Source: Candidatus Latescibacterota bacterium
GTDB taxonomy: Bacteria > Latescibacterota > Latescibacteria > Latescibacterales > Latescibacteraceae
Assembly: GCA_016927495.1 (NCBI GenBank)
Contig: JAFGMP010000009.1
Location: 937 to 64,936, forward strand
Reading direction: 5' to 3'
DNA: 64,000 nucleotides
In this document: positions 57,505-64,000 of the stretch, piece by piece
Layout: every line of letters starts with the position of its first letter
Position numbering within the stretch: the first letter of the stretch is position 1
Program-made: the position numbers and the translations under genes
The notes under the pieces: model-generated
Database searches by the model: none
Seen by the model: the letters and a program-made list of their open reading frames with translations, nothing else
What the model was told of the DNA's origin: nothing

Positions 57505-59013
57505 TCATTTCGGCATTGTTACCCAGTCCGGCAAACTACCGGGATCGATTCCCCATATCACAGGGAGAAAAATCCTGACGAAGATCGTGATCAATATGCC
57601 TCCGATGATGCTCAGTCCCAGACCGGCTTTTACCATCTGGGGGATGGTAATGTACCCGCTGCCGAAAACGATTGCATTGGGCGGTGTTGCAGTGGGCAGA
57701 AGGAACGCATATGATACCGATATTCCTGCCGCTACAATGAGCAGGAACGGGTGAATGGACATCGCAATTGCACTCACACCCATGATAGGGATCAACATGG
57801 TAGCGGTCGCTGTATTCGAGGTAAGATTTGTTAAAAATATCGAAAGGAACACAACGATTAGAACCACTACGAGTATACTTGACCCCTGAAGTATCATAAC
57901 CTGTTTCCCTATCCATTCAGCGAGTCCGGATATCTGCATGGCGTTGGCCAATGATAATCCACCGCCGTACAGAATGATAACTCCCCAGGGAACTTTCAGC
58001 GCCGATTGCCAGTCGAGGAGGAATTCGCCACGTCTGAAATCCACCGGAATCAGAAAGAGCGCAATACCACCGATCATGGCGATAGTAGGATCCTTAACCA
58101 TCCGCAAAGCCTCGATGTTGATAAAACCACGCAGTATCCATGCAAGCGCCACAACACTGAAAACATAGAGGGTATAGCGTTCCGGTCTGGTTATCGGCCC
58201 CAATCGATGGAGTTCATCCCTGATCCATGACCGTCCGCCCGGCAATTCCTTCAGCTTCATCGGGAACAAAAATTTGACAAGATACAGCCAGGTAATGAAC
58301 AGCATGATGAGCGACAGTGGGAATGCCAGCGCAAACCATGTACCGAAACTGATTTCCTGATTGTACATACTTTCCACAAGCCCGACCAGAATTGTGTTCG
58401 GCGGTGTCCCGATGATAGTACTTACTCCTCCGACCGAAGATGCAAAGGCAATACCGATCATCAGGTTTATGCCCAGAACAAAGTGAGTGGGAGTGGTATC
58501 GATATTCGGGATTTTCTGTTTCTCTATGAGATCCCCGGCCTGGCTTATGACCGCAAGCGCAATGGGTACCATCATCATGGTTGTGGCAAGATTGCTGATC
58601 CACATCGACAGCACTGCCGATGCTACCATAAATCCGAGCACGATACGGTTGGGGTTTGTGCCGACTATCCTGATTATGTTGAGAGCGATGCGTTTGTGAA
58701 GGTTCCATTTCTCCATGGTTATGGCGATGAAAAAACCTCCGAGGAACAGATAGATCAGGTGGTTGGCATAGGGTGGAGTAACATCGGCTGACTCCATGAT
58801 GCCAAGCGGGGGAAACAGGGCGATAGGTAATAACGACGTCGCCGGTATCGGTATAGCCTCGGTGATCCACCACACCGACATGAGGAGGGCTACCGCGGCG
58901 GTTTTGAACGATTCGGGACTCATGCCTCCGGGCCTCGGGATAACAAGGCACAGCATAAAGATGCAGGGGCCGAGAAAAAAGCCGATTTTCTGACGCCGTG
59001 TGTACATTATCAC
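57505..59013 (-). CDS. DASS/SLC13-family anion:sodium symporter (ArsB/NhaD permease superfamily)
   Basis: 502-aa polytopic membrane protein. Hallmarks are SVWWITEAIPIPATSLLPIALFP and a C-terminal repeat (TATPPNAIVFGSGY). Confidence 0.7.
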   Translation of the reverse strand: MIMYTRRQKIGFFLGPCIFMLCLVIPRPGGMSPESFKTAAVALLMSVWWITEAIPIPATSLLPIALFPPLGIMESADVTPPYANHLIYLFLGGFFIAITMEKWNLHKRIALNIIRIVGTNPNRIVLGFMVASAVLSMWISNLATTMMMVPIALAVISQAGDLIEKQKIPNIDTTPTHFVLGINLMIGIAFASSVGGVSTIIGTPPNTILVGLVESMYNQEISFGTWFALAFPLSLIMLFITWLYLVKFLFPMKLKELPGGRSWIRDELHRLGPITRPERYTLYVFSVVALAWILRGFINIEALRMVKDPTIAMIGGIALFLIPVDFRRGEFLLDWQSALKVPWGVIILYGGGLSLANAMQISGLAEWIGKQVMILQGSSILVVVLIVVFLSIFLTNLTSNTATATMLIPIMGVSAIAMSIHPFLLIVAAGISVSYAFLLPTATPPNAIVFGSGYITIPQMVKAGLGLSIIGGILITIFVRIFLPVIWGIDPGSLPDWVTMPK

Positions 59014-59241
59014 CTCATGTAATTCATGCCTGCGATAGTGAGATATAATCGATATTGAATTTTTCGACTAATTTATTGAATATTGCTTTTCCCTATTCAT
59101 AAAATCAACAACTTTCTTTTGTGTATACGATATAATATGCTTATAATAAGCTAGTCGACTTAGTATTTCATTTTATTATTATTAGTGATGTTATCTGTTC
59201 TTTTCCGGTTGAAATTTTCACCACATACGGAGGGTGGCATC

Positions 59242-59709
59242 ATGCAAAATATAACCATTGAAAGTACAGCATTCGATGAGGGAGGTATGATTCCTGTTCA
59301 ATATACATGTGACGGGAAAAATGTCTCGCCTCCGATGCAATGGAGCGAACCGCCGGAAGGTACACAGAGTATTGCCCTGATTTGTGACGATCCCGATGCA
59401 GCTTCCGGAGACTGGGTGCACTGGGTAATCTATAATATTCCTGCAGCATCGAGAGGTCTGCCCGGGAATTTTCCATTGATGGCAACACTTCCGGACGGCA
59501 CAGTACAAGGTATGACCGATTTCAGGTCGATCGGTTACGGAGGTCCATGCCCGCCATCGGGCGCGCACCGCTATTATTTCAAAATATATGCACTCGATAC
59601 AAAACTGAGTTACCCTTCGGGGATCACAAAACAACAGCTCTTAAAGGCAATGGAGGGGCATATACTTGCCCAGGGGCAGCTTATGGGAAAATATACCCGT
59701 AGACGATAG
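59242..59709 (+). CDS. YbhB/YbcL-family PEBP (Raf kinase inhibitor-like) protein
   Basis: ALICDDPDAASGDWVHWVIYNIPA...GYGGPCPPSGAHRYYFKIYALD is the PEBP signature. GGAGG RBS before the ATG at 59242. Confidence 0.85.
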   Translation: MQNITIESTAFDEGGMIPVQYTCDGKNVSPPMQWSEPPEGTQSIALICDDPDAASGDWVHWVIYNIPAASRGLPGNFPLMATLPDGTVQGMTDFRSIGYGGPCPPSGAHRYYFKIYALDTKLSYPSGITKQQLLKAMEGHILAQGQLMGKYTRRR

Positions 59710-59794
59710 GGAAGATTCTTCAGGTAAAAAATAATTAACAATTTATCCATAAATCCGTTTGTTTGGCCGGAAAGAGAAAGGGTGGTTTTATTTT

Positions 59795-60973
59795 ATGAAA
59801 AATATCGTGAGTATCAGCATAATTTTAATCATGGTTTTTGGTCTTTCGGCAACTTTTGTTAATAGTGAACTACCGTCCGGTACACCATACGGGGCATGGA
59901 AGAACGGCCCACCGAAAGATCCGGACTATTTCCCGATTGCTGTCTGGCTGCAGGATCCCTCGGATGCCGCCGCATACAAAAAAGCCGGAATCAACCTGTA
60001 TGTGGGTCTCTGGCAGGGGCCAACAGAAGAGCAACTTGCTAAGCTCCGTGAAGCCGGTATGCAGACTATCTGCCACCAGAACGAGGTCGGGCTGAAAAAC
60101 AAAGATGAAAACCTGATAATCGGCTGGATGCATGGCGACGAACCGGATAATGCCCAGCAGCCGGTCATAGATGGCAAATGGAGCCCGCCAGTTCTTCCTG
60201 AAAAAATTCAGGCGGATTACGGGAAAATCAAAGCGACCGATCCGTCACGGCCGGTACTGCTTAATCTGGGGCAGGCGGTCGCCTGGAACAACTATATAGG
60301 CCGTGGGGTACGAAGAAACCATCCCGAGGATTACCCCGAATATGCAAAAGGCAGTGATATCGTCTCATTCGACATCTATCCGGTGGTTCACCGTAACGAG
60401 GAGATAAAAGGTAATCTTTGGTATGTCCCCCGAGGAGTAGAACGTCTCAGGACATGGACCAACAACGAGAAAGTGGTCTGGAACTGTATCGAAACGACCA
60501 GGATACGGGCAGAGCGCCGTGCCACCCCACATGAACTTCGCGCAGAGGTCTGGATGTCGATCATCCACGGTTCTATGGGGCTTATTTACTTCGTCCATGA
60601 ATGGGCGCCGGAATCAGATACACGCAGACTGCTCCATGATCCCGAAATGCTCGAAGCGGTCACCGCTGTCAATAATCAGATTCATTCCCTTGCCCCGGTT
60701 ATCAACAGCCCGACGAATTATTTCGGAACAGAGGTGACAAGTTCCGATCCGGCTGTACCTATCGCTACCATGACCAAACGATACAATGGCGAGACCTATG
60801 TATTCGCTGTCTGCATGCGTAACAACGCCGTAAAAGTTTCCTATCTTGTCAGCGCCCTCCCTGAAACTGCCACCGCAGAAGTTATCGGCGAGGCGAGAAC
60901 GATCGAAGTGGTCAACGGGGCATTCGAGGATAATTTTGTACCTTATGATGTTCATCTGTATCGGATCAGGTGA
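59795..60973 (+). CDS. Secreted hypothetical protein, possibly glycoside-hydrolase-like
   Basis: Signal peptide (MKNIVSISIILIMVFGLSATF). No confidently recognised catalytic motif. Its context with GH127 and PA14 genes suggests carbohydrate metabolism. Confidence 0.3.
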   Translation: MKNIVSISIILIMVFGLSATFVNSELPSGTPYGAWKNGPPKDPDYFPIAVWLQDPSDAAAYKKAGINLYVGLWQGPTEEQLAKLREAGMQTICHQNEVGLKNKDENLIIGWMHGDEPDNAQQPVIDGKWSPPVLPEKIQADYGKIKATDPSRPVLLNLGQAVAWNNYIGRGVRRNHPEDYPEYAKGSDIVSFDIYPVVHRNEEIKGNLWYVPRGVERLRTWTNNEKVVWNCIETTRIRAERRATPHELRAEVWMSIIHGSMGLIYFVHEWAPESDTRRLLHDPEMLEAVTAVNNQIHSLAPVINSPTNYFGTEVTSSDPAVPIATMTKRYNGETYVFAVCMRNNAVKVSYLVSALPETATAEVIGEARTIEVVNGAFEDNFVPYDVHLYRIR

Positions 60974-61473
60974 AAAAAGGCAGCGACAAATTGACAGAAT
61001 TACATATGGGCAACCTCCTGTGTTTGCCCTTGTTATTATTGGTAAAAACGTCTGAACCATGATTTATATGATTTTCTTGATTACGTGAAAAAATCAAAAA
61101 TCATGTTAATCCTTAAATCAGGAAAATCAAGGTTCGGACAGTAAGAAATGGAATAAAACAACTTCTGATGCTTCAGGCAGGGCGTAGAACCGAATGCCCC
61201 TGTAAATAACCTGCAGGGCGTTTGTCATGCCGTAGGAGCAGACCCCTGTGGTTGCCATTGTTATCCGCCACTCCTGATAATCGTCTCGTCCACACTTACA
61301 CCTCCTCTTTGACACAGCCGACTTTCCCATGAATGATTGAATGTGGCGCTCAGCGACCACGGAAAGTAGACTGATTACATGCAGTATTTTAAAAGCATTT
61401 TGTTTCTCCCGGCCAATTCCTCTTGATTTTTATACATATTTAGTAGAAGGAACGAGGGGGTGAGTTCGTTTTT

Positions 61474-63357
61474 TCACTTCTCCGCGACAGGGAACTCTGT
61501 AATCCTCAGTTTGGCCGCTCCATAAGGAATGAGTTCGACTTCTTCGACCGGTCTCGATGAGGTGACCGGGCTTTGCGGGGGAGGAGCCGCAGAAGCGCCG
61601 TCCATATCCCACTCGGGAACCTGACGAGCTTTGGCAGTAATAACCACCGGAGCTTTTATTTCCGAAAAACAGGGCATCTTAACCGATTTTTCCTCTACCT
61701 GCAGCGAGTTTTCGGGCTTTTCGGTGTCCAGAATGAGCGCGTAATTCCAGGGTGTCAGCGGCCTGACCTCGTAATCGGCATGAGGTGTTTCACCTCCGAT
61801 CTGTTTCCACCGTGACCCGATTCTCAGCGAATAGGTTAAAGCGCCGCGCTGTATTGCGACCGAATTGTTGTAACGGCGCGAGACCCTCAGTTTCATCGGA
61901 AACATGATGGTAATCCTGTCCTTATTTTTCCATGTCCGTTTGATACTGTGATAGGTGCCTGCTTTAACCGTTTCGGGTTTGTCCTTGTTTACCACAACCA
62001 TGGCTATGTTGTTGTCGCTGATTTCACCGATCCAGCCGGGAATTCTTAGATACAGCGGGAAATTAACCTGTCCTGAGGTTTTTATTTCCAGTTCGATTTC
62101 ACCTGAAAACGGGTAGTCTGTTTTCTCAGTAATAGTCACCGGTGTTGTGCCGATTGTCTTGCGTACCTCAGATGGGCCGTAGGCGATTGCGACAAGTCCG
62201 CCGTCCGGAGTTCCCATCCACATGTTGCTGACGAATTTAGGCCAGCCCTGGTTGAAATTGGCCGTGCAGCATTTGTAGTTCGGAGCAAGCCCATAAATAT
62301 TAGCATCGGGGCCGTTGGTCCAGTCGCGTTTTTCCACGGTACACAGTACCTGATTTGCCTGCTGGTCGTACTGATGCGCCCACATGTCCGCGGTGAATGT
62401 TCCCGGCAGATTGTTATATGCCAGCGATTCGAGACGGTCGGCATGGGCAGCGTTACCGAAAAGCGAGCTGAGCACTTCGAGCGAATACATATACTCGACT
62501 ACAGCGCAGAGTTCCGTTCCCTGTGAGGGATTGGGGCCCGACAGATGCTCGTCACCGGTAAAGAGCCCTGTCGCACAGCCATGAAAACGGTCGAGCCATT
62601 CCATCGCTTTATCGGACATGCTCCGGTGCTCTTCACTGCCGGAATAGAGGCTGTACAGGCCCGGATATTTGACCGCCATGGCATGATTCACAACATGTGT
62701 GGCAAGATTGGGATGCTGCCTGACTTTATTTTCTATCATAAAATAGTTGAAGTGGTCAATCCAGTTGTAGCCCTGGGAATGTATCAGTTTCGGCAGGTCG
62801 CTGAACACAGGGCACGGCCTTCGTTCACACAGCCACAGCAGTGATACAAGGTATTCGCCCCAGCGGAATTTGCCCCAAACCTTGAGAGGCTTTTCCACAA
62901 GGCTTTTTTGGAGCAGTATGAAGTATGCCGCCATTGCCGGTTCCACACGGCGATCCTGTGTCGCTTCGGCATATTGCGCCAGAACCTTGAGCATTACCGC
63001 ACGGGGCCACCATATATCTTCATGATCGGTATTCGGCCCGATCCAGCCATCCTGCCCAAGGTGTGTCAGCGTCCAGTTGATCCATTTCGACACCTTAGCT
63101 TTCAGCCGTGAGTCCTCAAGCAGGTAAGCGAGCGGAACGAGGCCGTCCAGATAGTAAGGGCCTACCTCCCAGGATTCGCCGCTGCCGCCGAGCCAACCGC
63201 TGTCCGGCCCGAGGTCGGGGAAGACTTCATCGAGATGCCCCGAGAGGCCGTCCGCCTGAATTTGAAGCTGTTCCTTGAGCCATCCGCGGGGAAGAACCGT
63301 ACCGAGAGGCAGGGGATTAAATGTTCTTTTTGGTGCTGTGTTGTCGGTAATTGCCAT
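61474..63357 (-). CDS. Glycoside hydrolase family 127-like (DUF1680, beta-L-arabinofuranosidase-type) protein
   Basis: N-terminus FNPLPLGTVLPRGWLKEQLQIQADGLSGHLDEVFPDLG...WLGGSGESWEVGPYYLDGLVPLAYLL matches the conserved start of GH127/DUF1680 proteins. Conserved Cys-rich segments are present (CCTANFNQGW). Confidence 0.55.
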   Translation of the reverse strand: MAITDNTAPKRTFNPLPLGTVLPRGWLKEQLQIQADGLSGHLDEVFPDLGPDSGWLGGSGESWEVGPYYLDGLVPLAYLLEDSRLKAKVSKWINWTLTHLGQDGWIGPNTDHEDIWWPRAVMLKVLAQYAEATQDRRVEPAMAAYFILLQKSLVEKPLKVWGKFRWGEYLVSLLWLCERRPCPVFSDLPKLIHSQGYNWIDHFNYFMIENKVRQHPNLATHVVNHAMAVKYPGLYSLYSGSEEHRSMSDKAMEWLDRFHGCATGLFTGDEHLSGPNPSQGTELCAVVEYMYSLEVLSSLFGNAAHADRLESLAYNNLPGTFTADMWAHQYDQQANQVLCTVEKRDWTNGPDANIYGLAPNYKCCTANFNQGWPKFVSNMWMGTPDGGLVAIAYGPSEVRKTIGTTPVTITEKTDYPFSGEIELEIKTSGQVNFPLYLRIPGWIGEISDNNIAMVVVNKDKPETVKAGTYHSIKRTWKNKDRITIMFPMKLRVSRRYNNSVAIQRGALTYSLRIGSRWKQIGGETPHADYEVRPLTPWNYALILDTEKPENSLQVEEKSVKMPCFSEIKAPVVITAKARQVPEWDMDGASAAPPPQSPVTSSRPVEEVELIPYGAAKLRITEFPVAEK

Positions 63358-63371
63358 AGGTCTTTCTCCAA

Positions 63372-64000
63372 TCAATGATATAAAACTGAAGCCGGTATCA
63401 ATTCTTTTTCTATGTCCGGTCCTTTCCAGTAAACTTCGAGTCCGAGTCCGCCAGCGCCGTTAAAAAATGTCACCCTGATGCTGTGCTTGCCTTTTTTGAG
63501 CGCCACAAATCCCAGACGCTCCTGCATCCAGTGGCGGCCCCCGTTATCGACAACCTCCTCGCCGTCGATATACAGCATGGAACCGTCATCGGAATAGGTA
63601 TAGAATGCATAAACACCGTCACGGGGGATGTCGATATATCCGGTATAGACAGCGCCGAACAGCTCTGTTGCTTCATGTTTTGGCAGCACGATCTGTTCCG
63701 AGATTCCCGTTTTGGCTTGCTTCACCGATGTGAACATAGGGGATTCATTCCAGCCTGAAGAGTAATACTTCCATGACACACCCGGAGAGACTTTTTTTAC
63801 AGTGACAGGATCGAAAAATGTTAGTTCTTTTTTCGGCAGGGCATCCGTTATTCTTGCTCTGAACTGTTCGAGCGTCTGCCCGCTTTCGTTGAGGTAGATA
63901 ACACCGAACTTCTCGGCGTTACTCAAAAACGCATCGAGTTTTTCCATGTACCCGGTGTTGATACCCGCCGTCCTCGTATTTTGATCGATGTAGTAGGCTT
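63372..64000 (-). CDS. PA14-domain protein, C-terminal part (frame open to the window edge; N-terminus beyond 64000)
   Basis: PA14-like region (YTGYIDIPRDGVYAFYTYSDDGSMLYIDGEEVVDNGG...GLGLEVYWKGPDIEKELIP). The reading frame continues without a stop upstream of the first Met to position 64000. Confidence 0.5.
   Translation of the reverse strand, partial: AYYIDQNTRTAGINTGYMEKLDAFLSNAEKFGVIYLNESGQTLEQFRARITDALPKKELTFFDPVTVKKVSPGVSWKYYSSGWNESPMFTSVKQAKTGISEQIVLPKHEATELFGAVYTGYIDIPRDGVYAFYTYSDDGSMLYIDGEEVVDNGGRHWMQERLGFVALKKGKHSIRVTFFNGAGGLGLEVYWKGPDIEKELIPASVLYH

Noticed and set aside
58214-58951. 245-aa His/Arg-rich minus-strand ORF in an alternate frame of the DASS transporter gene
   Set aside because: It is an alternate frame of a GC-rich membrane-protein gene. 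The low-complexity H/R/G product has no homology.
61127-61360. 77-aa minus-strand ORF in the 500-bp spacer upstream of the GH127-like gene
   Set aside because: No RBS, an odd Cys/Arg-rich composition and no family resemblance. It is probably non-coding promoter region.
1-64000. CRISPR arrays, rRNA or tRNA genes, and IS transposases
   Set aside because: No regularly spaced direct repeats with unique spacers were seen. There are no rRNA-like conserved blocks, no cloverleaf candidates, and no transposase or integrase-like ORFs on either strand.

Overview
This window is dominated by a roughly 45-kb flagellar super-locus on the + strand (about 1-45,800). A six-gene tol-pal cluster sits inside it on the - strand. 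Housekeeping genes follow, then a higher-GC accessory block with carbohydrate-related genes at the right end.

Gene order in the flagellar locus:
- fliI(partial)-fliJ-ylxF-like-fliK-flgD-[TIGR02530]-flgE
- flbD-motA-motB-fliL-fliM-fliN-fliO-fliP-fliQ-fliR-flhB-flhA-flhF-flhG-fliA-[120-aa ORF]
- [second FliK-like]-[FlhB-CTD-like]-[GAF-DHp protein]
- flgF-flgG-flgA-flgH-flgI-flgJ(rod-binding only)
- flgN-flgK-flgL-fliW
- inverted ybgF-pal-tolB-tolA-tolR-tolQ on the - strand
- csrA-fliC-flaG-fliD-fliS-fliT-like-flgM-like

Organisation resembles the Bacillus/Thermotoga fla operon without che genes. FlgH/FlgI (L and P rings), Tol-Pal and TolB indicate a diderm. A 285-aa Bacteroidetes-type RpoD downstream suggests an FCB-superphylum lineage (inference). 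FlhF/FlhG suggest numerically regulated, probably polar, flagella.

Downstream genes: cca, an M23 peptidase, rpoD, htrA, a GAF histidine kinase, thiL, gmhB, a DUF5916 outer-membrane protein, a decayed RHH antitoxin, a DASS transporter, a PEBP protein, a GH127-like protein and a partial PA14-domain protein.

Regulatory elements read from the sequence:
- Two sigma-54-type promoters (TGGCATG-N4-TTGC), upstream of the hook operon and of flgF.
- Three near-consensus sigma-28 promoters (TAAAGTTT-N11-GCCGATAA), upstream of fliC, flgN and fliS.
- Two canonical intrinsic terminators.
- Two AAGGAGG CsrA-type sites in the long fliC leader.

No rRNA, tRNA or CRISPR was found.

The most unusual points:
- Several giant flagellar proteins next to a minimal flagellin: FliK 1288 aa, FliD 1004 aa, FlgE about 700 aa, flagellin 273 aa.
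- An operon of a FliK-like protein, an FlhB-CTD-like protein and a GAF-DHp pseudo-kinase lacking an ATPase domain.
- A FliA with an N-terminal DRR-repeat extension, translationally coupled to an unknown acidic ORF.
- A 28-bp direct repeat flanking gmhB-DUF5916.
- An apparent island boundary near 57.2-57.5 kb.
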